From the NCBI RefSeq assembly GCF_009914755.1, contig NC_060932.1: a DNA stretch of 64,000 bases; one strand, given 5' to 3'. This document shows positions 45,034 through 62,043 of the stretch, one piece after another; positions within the stretch are counted from its first letter, which is position 1; each line of letters starts with the position of its first letter. Source of the DNA: the human T2T-CHM13v2.0 reference genome, Homo sapiens. Made by a program: the position numbers and the translations under genes. The notes below the pieces were generated by a model that saw only the letters and a program-made list of their open reading frames with translations, was not told the origin of the DNA and did no database searches.

Positions 45034-46072
45034 TCCTTCATTTGTGAAGGATAGCTTTGCTGGGTAGAGTATTTTTGGCTTACATTTTTTTATTATTTTT
45101 TTTTTTTTTTGTACTTGTAATATACATCCCCTTTTCTCCTAGCCAGTAAGGTTTCTGCTGAGAAATTCCCTGTTAGCCTGATGGAGATTCTCTTATAAGT
45201 GACTTGATGCCTTTCTCTTGCTGTTTTTAGCATTTTCTCTTTGTCTTTTGACAATTTTACCATATTGTGCCTTGGAGAAGACCATTTTGAGTTGTATTTA
45301 CTTGGTAATCTTTGAGCTTCCTGCATTTGGAAGCATTCAGGAAGTTTTCAGTTATTAGTTCATTAAATAGGTTTTCTATGCCTTTACCCATCTCATCTCC
45401 ATCCAGAACTCCCAGAATTTCAGTTTTTGGTCACATATGTGTCCCATATGTCATGTAGCCTTGCTTCATTCTTTTTTCTTTCTTTTTGTCTGACTGGATT
45501 ATTTTAAAAGACTAGTCTTCAGGTTCAGAAATTCTTTGTTTTGCTTGATCTAGTCTATTGTTAAAGCTGTCAATTATCTTTTGTATTTATTTCAATGATT
45601 TATTCTCTTCCAGGATTTGTGTTTGGTTCTTTGTTATGCTGTCTATCTCTGTTGAATTTGTCATTCAGATCATGAATAGTTTTCCTGTTTTTGTTTTTTT
45701 TTTTTGTATTCATTATCTGTGTTCTCTTGTATCTCCCTGAGTTTCTTTAATAACATCATTCTGAATTTTTTTCAGGTATTTCATAGATTTTCTTTTCATT
45801 GGATCTGTTGCTGGAGAATTATTGTGCTTCTTTGAGATGTTATGTTTCCTTTTTCATATTTCTTGCATCCTTATGTGACTATCTGTGCCTCTGACATAAC
45901 AGTCATTTCTTCCAATTTTATGGATTGGCTTTTATATGGGAAAGACCTTTTCTTACAGCTGTATCTACAGTGTTCATTGGATATCACACTTTGGCTTTGA
46001 TTCTGGGTGGGTACAGTGGTATAGTTTGCATATGATTCCTTCAGCTGTAATTGGCATGGGTGGTGCCTGTGA

Positions 46073-46396
<324 letters not shown>

Positions 46397-47013
46397 GACT
46401 GCAGTTGTTATTGGAGGCTGTGGTGAGGCTTTGCTGAGGATGGGGATGCCAGGAAGTCTTGTCCTTCAGCATCAGTGGTAGTGGCGGTGGACCAGGTGTG
46501 TCAATACTAGGGACCATGGGCAGCGTTTGTGGGCACTGATGATAGCCTGTCTGTGTGGGCCAATCCCTGGGACTCCAGGTAGCTTCTTTGGTTGCTGGCA
46601 GTGGGCCAGATGGGCAGGTGCACCACTGGGCTCCTGGGTGGTGTGTGTGGCAGGCTGATCTCTAGTTCTCCAGGTGACCTATACAGGTTCTGGTGGTGGG
46701 TAGGCAGGCGTTTCCTCAGGCCTCTCAGTAGTAAGTGTGAGCACCAGCTCTGGAGGCAGGTGAGTCAATCTCCAGGTCCCCGGATGGTACATTCGGGCAC
46801 CAGCATATTCCTATGCATTTCTAGATAAAAGTATTTTTCAGAAAACCTGAGCATATGTCCTATTAATACAACTTACCCTCATCAGCTCTGCATGAGAAGA
46901 AGGCGGAATTCCCTCAGTAGAACAGTCAGAATGGAATCACAGACTTGTTTTGAGCCAGTCACTGGTGAGGGGGGGTAGGATAACATGATAAGCTCAGAAT
47001 CTAAACCTTAGAC

Positions 47014-47222
47014 TAGGGAATGGCAAACTTTTTCCATAAAGAGGCAAACGGTAATATTTTAGGCTTTTTGTCTAGATAACCTCTTTTGTAGTGACACAGT
47101 GGTGCCATCGTAGCCTAAAAGCGTATGTAGACAATGGATAAATCAATGGACCTGGTTTTATTCCAGTAAAACTTAATTTATACAGTCAGAGGGCCAGATT
47201 TGGCCCTTGGTCTATGGTTGTT
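47014..47222. mobile_element. MER58-like
   Basis: ggcaaactttttccataaagaggcaaacggtaatattttaggcttt...gggccagatttggccc. Confidence 0.7.
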
Positions 47223-47330
47223 TAGAGCAGTCAAAATTTATTCCCTGGGGCTGGGCCAACTTTTTCTTTAAAAAAAAAAAAAAAACCCACTGTCAGAATA
47301 AAATAAGGTTTCTATTTAAAAAGAAGAAGA

Positions 47331-47624
47331 GGCTGGGTGTGGTGGCTCATGCCTATAATCCTAGCACTTTGGAAGGGTGAGGCAGGAGGACTGCTTGAAG
47401 CCAGGAGTTTGAAACCAACTTGGGCAATATAGTGAGACCCTCTGTCTGCAAAGAATAAAAAAATTAGCCAGGCACGGTGGCACATGTCTGTAGTCTTAGC
47501 TACATAGGAGGCTGAAGGGGAAGATCACTTGAGCCCAGGATTTTGAGGCTACAGTGAGCTCTGACTGTACCATTTGTACTCTAGCCTAGGCAAAGAGGGA
47601 GAACCCAAAAACAAACAAACAAAA
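47331..47624 (+). mobile_element. Alu (J-type)
   Basis: Full Alu. Confidence 0.92.
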
Positions 47625-47780
47625 AGTTGGTTTGGGCGGGTTGGAGAAGAAAGTATTTCTGAATTTCTGGGTAGGTTACTGGTAGTGTCAGGCCAAACTA
47701 GCTCTACAGTCATATTCATTATAAATAAAGGCAACTAGAAGATCTCCATCTAGCTATTAAAATTGGTTAAAATCTACAGA

Positions 47781-48230
47781 GATAAAGGACGGTGACTCTT
47801 GTGTCAGTTAGTTGTTGTCACAAAATGCTGCATAACAAGTCACTCCAAATCTCAGTGGCTTAATACAACAATCGTTTATTTTCATGGATCTATGGGTCAG
47901 CTGAGGATTGGTCAATCTAGCATGAGCATGTCTGGGAAGCTCGACGTTGCTCTTGCTGTCTCTTCTGCTGGAAGCAGCAGTCTGGCCTGGGCTTGTTCTC
48001 ATGGTGATAGCAGGAGTGAGTGAGCAGAAATGAATTCACACTTTCCAAGTTTTTGGTCATACAGATTAATATTCCAGTGGCCAAAGCTAGACACATGACT
48101 AAACCCAACATTAGGGACTGGAGAAATATACTCCGATTCTTCAGTGGGAGGAACTGCAGAGACAAATGGCAGAATCTTGGATACAGGGAGGACACGGATC
48201 CATTAATGTGCCTTAATCAATCGCAACCCT
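47781..48230 (-). mobile_element. MLT1 LTR
   Basis: gctgcataacaagtcactccaaatctcagtggcttaatacaacaatcgtttatt. Confidence 0.7.
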
Positions 48231-48917
48231 CTAACCACCAATACAATTAAATAAGTATTTGTTGAATGCACTTGTGCCTGAATGCTTCTGGCTGCAGCCC
48301 AGGCAATGGGGGCCTGACTGGGGAGGGACCATAGCAGGGACTCGATGTCCTGCAGGTCTGCATGTAATTGTGCACGGCCGACTCCTCATTGGTCATGGCT
48401 GACTTGCTTTATCCTGCGTCCCCAAGGGGCAACGATTGGCTGATTATATTTCTGAACAATTTTGACAAAGTTGTTTTCAGGAGCCCAGGAAGCAAATCAG
48501 TTGTAGATTTGAATTTTTCAGGGGATCAGAATTGTTGAATATATATATAGTCTTTTACATGCTGATAATTATTTCCACATCACAAAGAAGGCTGGCTATT
48601 AGGAGGCTGCTGTTCATTTCCTTTGCCCCGTGAACTCATGAGCTGTGGCTATGTGGGGGGCACTCAGTTGTTAGAGCTGTTTCCCTTCATAATAACATCA
48701 GCCAACATTCTAAATAAATGCAGGAAATTAAATAGTCTTCCCCAGACAGGTACTTTGCCCTTCTAAAGTGAATTACACATTCTAAAATAAAACACAGTCA
48801 CATTAAAAAAACAAAAGGTCTTTGTGTCAGGTTGGTCTGGCTTCAGCAAAGATAATATTTGCCTCCAGAGTAGAAGATCCGTGGAATCCACGGTATTACA
48901 TATGGCAGCCCCACATC

Positions 48918-49723
48918 TTGTTTCCTTTTCTTTTTTTTGTTTTTAACTAAAAGAGTTGTCAATTTTATTTTCACATTTCCCAATACAAATGAAAACTGCA
49001 TCTTTTTTGGTCCCACTTCTCCCCTCCAAAACTATTCTCTTTGATAGGGCAAGAGGGCAAGTCTTCCTTATGCTGTTAAGAAAACTCGACATCACAGCAG
49101 CATGATCTCCTGGTGAAGGGAGCAGGTAAATATAAAATTCATATAGGCCAGGCGCAGTGGCTCACACCTGTAATCCCAGCACTTTCAGAGGCTGAGGCGA
49201 GCGAGTCACGAGGTCAGGAGATTGAGACCATCCTGGCCAACATGGTGAAACCCCGTTTCTACTAAAATAAAAAAAATTAGCCGGGCATGGTGAATACGCC
49301 TGTAGTCCCACACTACTCAGGAGGCTGAGGCAGGGGAATCGCTTGAACCCGGGAGGTGGAGGTTTCAGTGAGCTGAGATCATGCCACTGCCCTCCAGCCT
49401 AGGCGACAGAGGAAGACTCTGTCTCAAAAACAAAACAAAACATTACAAACAAAAAAAACACAACAATAACAACAACAAAACAACACTGATGCAATGAGGC
49501 CTCCCCTCTATCCTTATCTGTCTGGTCAAGTCATTCTGGGCTGACTGGGCACCATCATGAGACGGGCAGGAGGTCTTATCATTGGGCACCCAGGCATCAC
49601 AGGCATGTGGCCTCCCATGGGCGGCCTCATTCCAAGAGCAGGTCCCACTGGCATCATCCCAGGAGGAGGAGGGCCCATCTTTGGCATCATGGGCGGGCCA
49701 CCCATATGGGCTGCTGCCATCAT
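48918..49723 (-). pseudogene. SNRPC: SNRPC (U1-C) 5'-truncated processed pseudogene, 3' UTR split by an Alu
   Basis: [68 protein letters not shown] matches the U1-C C-terminus. 3' UTR continues on both sides of the Alu at 49146-49483; AATAAA at 48969-48964 then poly(A) remnant. Confidence 0.95.
49146..49483 (+). mobile_element. Alu inside the SNRPC pseudogene 3' UTR
   Basis: Full Alu with (AAC)-rich tail. Confidence 0.93.
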
Positions 49724-49724
49724 T

Positions 49725-49960
49725 CTGAAATGTGCGAGAAGTGTCAAATACACATTAGATTGTGAAGACTTAATATAAAAAGAAAGCAAAGTATTTTGTT
49801 ACTGTTAAAAAATTTTATACATGTAGACCTGGTATTTTGGATAGATTTGTTTAAATCTGTGATATTATTCCAATTACCTTCACTTCTTTTGTTTTACTTT
49901 TTAAAATGTGGTTATTACAAAATGCAAATGTAAATATGTGGCTTGCATCATATTTCATCA
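49725..49960. mobile_element. MER33/MER3-like fragment
   Basis: aaatacacattagattgtgaagactta...aaatatgtggcttgcatcatatttc. Confidence 0.6.
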
Positions 49961-50129
49961 CATTTAGTGTGGACCCTGAGGATCTAGGGGAGTTATGAGC
50001 CTTAAGTTGAGGGTGACCCAGGTCAACGTGAATTGCTCTGAAAGAGAAGCAAAGGGCTTAAAGAGAATGTATAAATGGAGAGAGGGAGCTCAGTCTCACA
50101 GGGTGAGGAAAGGCTTTCTTTCTTACACA

Positions 50130-50886
<757 letters not shown>

Positions 50887-51035
50887 AAAATCTTCCTTGA
50901 AGTGATGACACTTAAGGAGAGGCCTAGAGGGTGGGATGAGTTCACTATGTAGAGAAATGAGGAACAGCATTTCAGGGTGAGAAACAGCATAGTGAAGTCC
51001 CTGAGGTTGATAGGCATAGAGCAGATTTAAGGGAC

Positions 51036-51329
51036 TTTTTTTTTTTGAGACGGACTTTCACTCTTGACGCCCAGGCTTGGGTGGAGTGGTGCGATCTTGG
51101 CTCATGGCAACCTCTGCCTCCCGAGTCCAAGCGATTTTCCTGCCTCAGTCTCCCGAGTAGCTGGGATTACAGGTGCCATCCACCACACCTGTCTAATTTT
51201 GGGATATTTAGTAGAGATGGGGTTCCACCATGTTGACCAGGCTGGTCTCGAACTCCTGATCTCAGGTGATCCAGCCGCCTCAGCTTCCCAAAGTGCTGAG
51301 ATTACAGGTGTGAGCCACTGCGCTCAGCC
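51036..51329 (-). mobile_element. Alu (S-type)
   Basis: TSD cagatttaagggacttt. Confidence 0.95.
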
Positions 51330-51557
51330 AGATTTAAGGGACTTTAAAGAAGTTTGTGTGGCTGAAGCCTGCAGGCCAAGCGAGAGAATCAGGAAATGAG
51401 GCTGGAGAAAGAGAGGGGCTAGGTCATGGAGGGTCTCACATTAGGGTGTGGAAACTTCACACGAGTGGTCCCACCTTGGGCATCCCACCTAACTACTCTG
51501 TGTCCCAGCTTCCCCACTGGTGAAATAAAGGGCTGATGTAGGGATGGACTGAGATAG

Positions 51558-51884
<327 letters not shown>

Positions 51885-52945
51885 GAGCTTTTATCGTTGT
51901 CAACCCACACAGCAGAGGGAGCCATTGAAAGCGAGTGATCGGTTTGGATGCACCTTCTGAAGTGATCGCTTTGGTCCCTGTGAGGAGTGCAGATTGTCAC
52001 AGGGCCAGGGGAAGACAGAGGCCAGTGAGGAGGCCTTTGCAGTCAAACAGCTGGAGGTGATGGTGGCTTGGTTTATGGTGGTGTCAGGAGAGTGGCTGAG
52101 CAGTGAACGGATCTGAAAAGATTTAGGAGGTAAAACCCACGTGACTTGGTCACTGAATGTGGGTTGGGTTGGCTGGAGGGAAGGTAAGAAAGAATGAGAA
52201 GAAAAACATACTCAAGTGGGCCCTCCAGCCTAAGGTTACTTGAAGTCCCTTTGTGAAGAGGAATGTTTGTGTTTATGATGAAGATGTCTAGACTTTCAAA
52301 GGCCATTTGCAGTATTTTTTTAACAGCCAACAACTCCTCCTTCCCTATGACCTAAACATATGAATTTTTTTTTTTTTTGCCCTAACTTATCACAGAGGGA
52401 TGGATGTTTATTTGCTTTAATGAAAAATGCAGAATGCCAATAAGAAAGCATATTAAATTAATCTGGATTGCTGGGAGGGAGTTAAATCTGTTTCGATGTG
52501 CACCAGTGTTACTATACTAGTTTGGTCTAAACCCATTTCTGGCCTGCGGCTGCAGGAGGTTGACTCCCAGCTTGCTTTCATTTGAAAGATCCTAGCAACA
52601 AGTACACTTGGCATTTCCAGCCAAACCCATTTTGTGCAGCGAAGGAAAAGTTGAGGAGTGCCTCTGTTGTTTTCCCCCAAATCATTTGGCAGAAATGTGG
52701 CTGGGAGCTTCATTGCTGATTTTTTCAGTTTTAATATTGCTGTGGAAAGCCTGTACCAATACTCAGCCATGTTATTAATCCACAGCTCCAGTCTGGGCTG
52801 TGATTTGTTTTTCCTTTGAGTGACACAACCTTTTTTTCCATTAAGACTCAATGCAAATAGACACTCATGCACCATCACCATAACTCCCCCTGATTGGCGG
52901 AGGGAAATCAGTGGAATGATTCTAGTTTGGTGTTCATATCGGAGG

Positions 52946-53243
52946 GTTTTATTTATCTATTTTGAGACGGAATCTCTCTCTGTCGCCAGGCTGGAGTGCA
53001 GTGGTGCGATCTCGGCTCACTGCAACCTCTGACTCCCTGGTTCAAGCGATTCTCCTGCCTCAGCCTCCCTAGTAGCTGGGCTTTCAGGCATGTGCCACCA
53101 TGCCCGGCTAATTTTTTGTATTTTTAGTAGACACGGGGTTTCACCATGTTGGCCAGGATGGTCTTGATCTCCTGACCTCGTGATCTGTCCGCCTCGGCTT
53201 CCCAAAGTGCTAGGATTACAGGCGTGAGCCACTGCGCCTGGCC
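52946..53243 (-). mobile_element. Alu (Sc-like)
   Basis: Full Alu. Confidence 0.93.
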
Positions 53244-53339
53244 TTGAGTTGTTTTTAAAAGCATATTTCTCTCAAATTATCTCCGGGGTGTCCCACTGTG
53301 ACTTGGGAAAAGGTTGGATTTTCTGGAGGTGGAAAGTCA

Positions 53340-53580
<241 letters not shown>

Positions 53581-53837
53581 TCCTGTGTCCAAACCCCATG
53601 AGGAGTATCAGCTGGCTGAAGATAAAATCGGTCACGCAGTGTTGGGATTGGGGTTGCTGTTATCATCCCTCATCCCCACCCCTGCTAGGCATCCACAAAT
53701 AGTCGTCTTCAATGAGACGTCCCTCCTGCCCCTGGCTGCCTTATTTCATCTGCACCCAATCGTATCCATTGCTTGTCAGTGGGTCTCAACCTTGGCTGCA
53801 TCTTGGAATCTCCTGGGGAGAAGAGACAATACCAAGG

Positions 53838-54264
53838 CTCTCTCTCACTTAGCATGATGTTTCCAGGGTCCATCCACATGTAGTAGGCACCAATATTTCC
53901 ATTGTATGGATACCGCACATATTGTTTGTTCATTCGTCAACCAAATGGCCATCTTGGTTGTTGCTACCTTTTGGTTATTATATATATTGCATGATTCCAT
54001 TTATGTGAAAGGCCCAGAATAGGCAAATCTATAGAGGCAGAAAGCAGGTAAGTGGTTGCCAGGAGCTGGGGGAAAGGGGAGGGGATGGAGAATGCTTGAT
54101 GGATACAGGGTTATTTTTTGGGGGGGCGGGGGTGTTAATGAAAATGTTTTGGAACTAGACAGAGATGATGATTGCTTAATATTGTGAATGTATTTAATGA
54201 TACTGAAGTGTATGGTTTCATACAGGGACTTGTATGTTATGTGAATTTTGCCTCATTAAAAAAA
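53838..54264. mobile_element. L1MB 3' end with 5' inversion, inserted in MER5A
   Basis: Minus piece 53838-53981, plus piece 53982-54264; MER5A halves at about 53776-53837 and 54590-54718. Confidence 0.72.
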
Positions 54265-54268
54265 TACT

Positions 54269-54738
<470 letters not shown>

Positions 54739-55075
54739 TCATGTTTTACTTGTGTTGTTTTCTAGCCTGCCAATGTCTTTCTGTTTCCGTTCACATCTTT
54801 GGGTTGTAATTTTTACAATGCAGTCTTAACAACCAGCTGCCTCAAAATGCACTGGGATCCCTCGTAACCAGGTAGCTCCCCATCTCTAACTCTGACCTGC
54901 TAAGACAGAATCTTGTGCGTGTGGCCCAGGACTGTACATATTGAAACAGGCAATGACCTGGGAACTATTTCTGAACACCCCTAGGTTTCCCATGTTTGCC
55001 CTTTCCTTTCACATTTGGACCCCTTTGTGTGCTGACCACTGGGCTGTTTCACATGGACATAACATAAAAAAGACA

Positions 55076-55376
55076 GGCCAGGTGCATTGGCTCATGCCTG
55101 TAATCCCAGCACTTTGGGAGGCCGAGGTAGGCGAATCGCTTGAGGCCAGGAGTTCAAGATCTGCCTGGCCAACATGAGTAAACCCCGTCTCTACCAAAAA
55201 TATGAAATTAGCTGGGTGCGGTGATGCACACCTTTGATCCCAGCTACTCAGGAGGCTGAGGCTGGAGAATCCCTTGAGCCCAGGAGGCAGAGACTGCAGT
55301 GAGCCGAGATCGCACCACTACACCCCAGCCTGGGTGAGAGTGAGACTCTTAAAAAAAAAAAAAAAAAAAAAAAAAA
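55076..55376 (+). mobile_element. Alu
   Basis: Full Alu. Confidence 0.93.
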
Positions 55377-55670
55377 CAAAGAGACAGAGATGATCCTTCC
55401 TTTATGGAGCTCTCAGTAAAACAAGAAAGCTCATGATGTCCTGTCATTTGTCAGAAATATATTTGGTATATGTAGCTGGGGTCACATGCTTGACATGCCT
55501 ATTGAAAGCTTCTGGGTAGGAAGAGAACAATCATCACAGCATCACAGCCTGGCATAACTGTCTCCCAGGACAGGTCTCCCTGGGGAGACTGAAACCACAA
55601 CTCTGAAATCAGAGCTTAAATCCAGGTTCTACATTTCACTCAGTAATGTACATGATGTAGGACAGTTTTC

Positions 55671-56112
55671 ATATTAGTTATCTATTGCTGTGCAACAATA
55701 TTACTGCAAACTTTGTGGCTTGAGACAGCACACAGTTATCACTATGTGGTTTCTGTGGGTCAGGAATCCAGGCGTGACTCAGCTGGGTTCAGTGCAAGGC
55801 TACAACCATAATGTCAGCCAGGGCTCAGTTCTCATCTGGAGGCTTGACTGGTGATTGATCTGCTTCCAGGCTCATCTGGTTGTTGGCAGCATTCAGTTCC
55901 TTGCAGGCTGCTGGACTCAGGGCCCCAGGTTCTTGCTGTCCTCAGCTTCTTGCCACATGGGCCTCTCCATCTGGCCACTCATGACATGGCAGCTCACATC
56001 TTCAAAGCCAGCAAGATAACCTCCTAGCAAGACAACTTAACATCCTATCTAACATAATCACTACATCCCATCACCTCTGCCATATTCTCTTGGTTATAAG
56101 AAAGTCATTGGT
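55671..56112 (-). mobile_element. MLT1 LTR, truncated at the L1 junction
   Basis: tattagttatctattgctgtgcaacaa...ttctgtgggtcaggaatccaggcgtgactcagctggg. Confidence 0.78.
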
Positions 56113-57079
<967 letters not shown>

Positions 57080-57111
57080 TTTGCTATTTTAGTAGAGATG
57101 GGGTTTGCTGA

Positions 57112-57255
57112 ATGCAGCCCCCAGTCACGTACTCCCTTCTTGGTCAATCGATCACGACTCTCATGATCACGACCCGCTCACGCGGACCCCCTTAGGGTTG
57201 TGAGCCCTTAAAAGGGACAGGAATTGCTACTTGGGAGCTGGGTTGTTAGAGACGT
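57112..57255 (+). mobile_element. Internal fragment of LTR2 (HERV-E/Harlequin)
   Basis: atgcagcccccagtcacgtac...caatcgatcacgac...cgcggacccccttag...gagcccttaaaagggacaggaattgct matches my recollection of the LTR2 U3/R region. Confidence 0.75.
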
Positions 57256-57410
57256 GTGCCACCACTCCCAGCTATTTTTTGTGTTTTTAGTAGAGACGGG
57301 GTTTCCCCATGTTGGTTGGCCAGGATAGTCTCGATCTCTTGACCTCGTGATCCGCCCACCTCGACCTCCCATAGTGTTGGGATTACAGGTGTGAGCCACT
57401 CCACCCAGCC
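57254..57410 (-). mobile_element. Partial Alu (left arm and linker)
   Basis: Joined directly to the LTR2 fragment. Confidence 0.88.
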
Positions 57411-57540
57411 CAGTGAAGGCTTTTCATACTTGCTTGTCAGCCTCCTGCATCCTACTCCAGCACCTGGCGCTCACAACCTGTGGGCTGCTCTCATCCGTGA
57501 TCATCTCTCCCCAGGCCTGCTGTTCCTCGAGGAAGGAAGT

Positions 57541-58075
57541 TGTAATGGGCAGAGTTCTAGGACAGCCCCCAAGAGAACCACTCCCTTATATCTGCTCCCT
57601 GTATCATCTCTTCTTGAGTGTGTGCAGAGCTTGTGATTTGGCCAAGGGGAAGGAATTTTGCAAATGTGATTATGGTCACACTTGCTTTGTTAAGCACATT
57701 TGCTCAGCTGACTTTGAGTTCATCCAAAGCAGGATGATCTTAGGTGGGCCAGACCTAATCAGGTGAGTCTTTTAAAGGTGAAGTTTCAGAGATTCAACCC
57801 TTAGCCTCCAAGGAGACAAAAATGGCCATGCTGTGAACTGTCTTTGGAGGTGGCAGCTCTAGGAGCTGAGGGCCTTCGTTCTACAATTGCAAGAAATTGA
57901 ATTCAGTCCACAAACTGAATAAGCTTGGAAGAGGACACTGAGCATCTGATGAGACCCCAGCTGACACTCTGGTTGCAGTATTGTGACCCGGAATAGAAGA
58001 CCCAGTTAAACCCTGCCCAGAGCCTTGGCTCATGGAAACAGATAATAACTGGATGGTGTTTTAAGCTGCTCAGTT
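57541..58075 (+). mobile_element. MLT1 LTR
   Basis: tgtaatgggcagagttctagg...aggatgatcttaggtgggccagacctaatcaggtgag...gttttaagctgctcagtttg. Confidence 0.75.
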
Positions 58076-58121
58076 TGCACTGGTAAATCCACCAACAGGA
58101 AAATAATATAGAAGTTAAATG

Positions 58122-58419
58122 GGCCAGGCATGGTGGCTCATGCCTGCAATCCCAACACTTTGGGAGGCTAAGGTGGGTGGATCACAAGGTCAGGAGGTCG
58201 AGACCATCCTGGCCAACATGGTAAAACCCCGTCTCTACTAAAAATACAAAAATTAGCCAGGCGTGGTGGCATGCACCTGTAGTCCCAGCTACTCAGGAGG
58301 CTGAGGCAAGGGAATCACTTGAACCCAGGAGGTGGAGGTTGCAGTGACCCGGGACCATGCCACTGCACTCCAACCTGGGCAACAGAGAGAGACTCCATCT
58401 CAAAAAAAAAAAAAAAAAA
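58122..58419 (+). mobile_element. Alu
   Basis: TSD aagttaaatg. Confidence 0.95.
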
Positions 58420-58787
58420 GTTAAATGAATACTTTTGACCATTGATGGAAGTTGCTTTCATTCCCTCTTACTTAATCATCTTTATCTTAGCCCTGAAAGA
58501 GGGATGCTTTAATCCCATTTGTAACAAGTGAGTCTGAGGCCCAGGAAAGTGATAGAATTTAGCAAAGTCCACCTTGCTACCTGGTGGCCCCAGCTAGAAC
58601 TCTGCCCCAGGTCCATATACCTAAAGTCATTACAGCGTCCACTAAAATTTTGCCCCTCTCTCGATGCCTTCCTCTTTAGAAGCCTGTTCCTTCAGGGATA
58701 GATCCCAACTCAGTGTTACAAGGTACTGAACTCTGATTTTCACAAAATATAATAACTGCCCCCCAAAATTTAATAATAGTATTTTTG

Positions 58788-59086
<299 letters not shown>

Positions 59087-59360
59087 GTATGTTTGAGTCC
59101 TTATGTGTCAACCACTGGGCTATCCCAACACCAATAGCTATTATGATTATGATTAGTTTTTCCATTTTATTGATGAGGAAACCAACACATAGAAAGGTAA
59201 AGGAACTTGCCAAAAGTGATGGTCACACAGCCAAAGAGCTGTAGAAGCAGCACAGGAATCCCAGCAAACTCACAGCCAAGCTCTGCTTTTCACCTTCACA
59301 TCATACAGTCCTCAGACTAAAACCCTAACTCTGACCTTCCAAATCAAAAATCGTACTCAA

Positions 59361-59661
59361 GGCCGGGTGCGGCGGCTCACGCCTGTCATCTCAGCACTTT
59401 GGGAGGCCGAGGCAGGTGGATCACCTGAGGTCAGGAGTTCCAGACCAGCCAGGCCAACATGGTGAAACCCCATCTCTACTAAAAATACAAAACTTAGCCA
59501 GGCGTGGTGGTGGGTGTCTGTAATCCCAGCATTTTGGGAGGCTGACGCATGAAAATCACTTGAACTCAGGAGGCAGAAGTTGCAGCGATCCATGATCATG
59601 CCACTGCACTCCAGCCTGGACAAGAGAGTGAGACTCTGTCTCAAAAAAAAAAAAAAAAAAA
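59361..59661 (+). mobile_element. Alu (S-type)
   Basis: Full Alu. Confidence 0.95.
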
Positions 59662-59769
59662 GAATTGTGCTTAATAATAGCTTGGAAGTGCACATATCTT
59701 CTGTGAAGTTTGATGGACTACAATTAGCTTCAAAACACAAATAAGTAACTGTGTTTAAATGAGGTCTTC

Positions 59770-60455
<686 letters not shown>

Positions 60456-60828
60456 CTAGGATGTCCTAACTAGGGTTTCTTACCAAAAGCAAAGGCATTT
60501 TTAAAGTTCGTGACATTTAAACAAAAGAGCAAATACCAATATCTACCACTTTGTCAGGCTAAAAAACCCAAACAAAGCCAACAGCCAGAAGTTAAAATAA
60601 ACAGATCATTAGGTTGAAAATAGAACTGTCAAAACAGGCACAATTGACTTCATTTAGTGATTGCAAAGAACATCAGGCAAGACACAGGTGTGGTCATCAT
60701 AACATTTATCACATGCTTCATTGCACATGTTTGACTAAGAAAAACACAAAGTATTTAAGCTCATCTGTAGTTCAAAGTGCCTATCCGTGTATTTATTGAG
60801 CAACTCTTTTGTGCCAGGCACTGTGCTG

Positions 60829-61887
60829 TGTTGCGGGAAGTCAGGGACCCCAAATGGAGGGACCAGCTGAAGCCATGACAGAAGAACGTGGATTATGAAG
60901 ATTTTATGGACATTTATTAGTTCCCCAAATTAATACTTTTGTAATTTCTTATGCCTGTCTTTACTGCAATCTCTAAACATAAATTGTGAAGATTTCATGG
61001 ACACTTATCACTTTCCCAATCAATACCCTTGTGATTTCCTATGCCTGTCATTACTTTAATCTCTTAATCCTGTCAGTCGAGAAGGATGTATATCGTCTCA
61101 GGACCTGTAATAATTGCGTTAAGTACATAAATTGTACATCATGTGTGTTTGAGCAATATGAAATGTGGGCACCCTGAAAAAAGAACAGGATAACAGCAAT
61201 TGTTCAGGGAATTAGAGAGATAACCTTAAACTCTGACCGCTGGTGAGCCAGGCAGAACAGAACCATATTTCTCTTCTTTCAAAAGCAAATGGGAGAAATA
61301 TCGCTGAATTCCTTTTCTCAGCATGGAACGTCCCTGAGAAAGAGAATGCGCACCTAGGGGTAGGTCTCTGAACTGGCCCCCCGGGGCGTACCTGTCTCTT
61401 ATGGTCGAGATTGCAGAGGTGAAATAAACTCCAGTCTCCCATAGCACTCCCAGGCTTATTAGGAAGAGAAAATTCCCGCCTAATAAACTTTGGTCAGACG
61501 GGTTGATCTCAAAACCCTGTCTCCTCATAAGATGTTATCAATGACAATGGTGCCAAAACTTCATTAGCAATTTTAATTTCACTTCCGTCCTGTGGTCTGG
61601 CCCTGTCTCCACTTGCCTTGTGATATTCTATTACCCTGTGAAGTACTTGATGTCTGTCACCCACACCTATTCATATACTCCCTCCCCTTTTGAAACTCCC
61701 TAATAAAAACTTGCTGGTTTTTGTGGCTTGTGGGGCATCACGGATCCTACCAATGTGTGATGTCTCCCCCAGATGCCCAGCTTTACAATTTCTCTCTTTT
61801 GTACTCTGTCCTTTTATTTCTCAAGCCAGTCGACGCTTAGGAAAATAGAAAAGAACCTACGTGATTATCGGGGCAGGTCCCCCGATA
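60829..61887 (+). mobile_element. MER11 LTR (5' LTR of HERV-K11/HML-8)
   Basis: Starts TGTTGCGGGAAGTCAGGGACCCC and ends GGGGCAGGTCCCCCGATA; internal tandem GAAGATTT(T/C)ATGGACA repeats typical of MER11. Confidence 0.93.
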
Positions 61888-61889
61888 TC

Positions 61890-61903
61890 TGGCGCCCACG
61901 TGG
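61890..61903 (+). promoter_or_regulatory. Degenerate tRNA-Lys primer binding site
   Basis: TGGCGCCCACGTGG two bases after the LTR, versus the Lys PBS TGGCGCCCAACGTGG. Confidence 0.8.
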
Positions 61904-62043
61904 TCTTTCTTTTTTCCTAAGTGCATGAGGGAACCGGATTCCCTTTGGTAGGTGCGGTGAAACGTCAATCGGCTTGGTCCACAGATAAGCGTGTTCAACT
62001 CCCCGATGAGTGGTGAGTAATCTGTGTAAGGTCTGGGTTAACT

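Noticed and set aside
52390-52920. Unique AT-rich block with a CCAAT/GC-like motif (ctgattggcggaggg) and a 142-aa ORF
   Set aside because: No CpG island, homology or splice support; cannot be called a promoter or gene from sequence alone.
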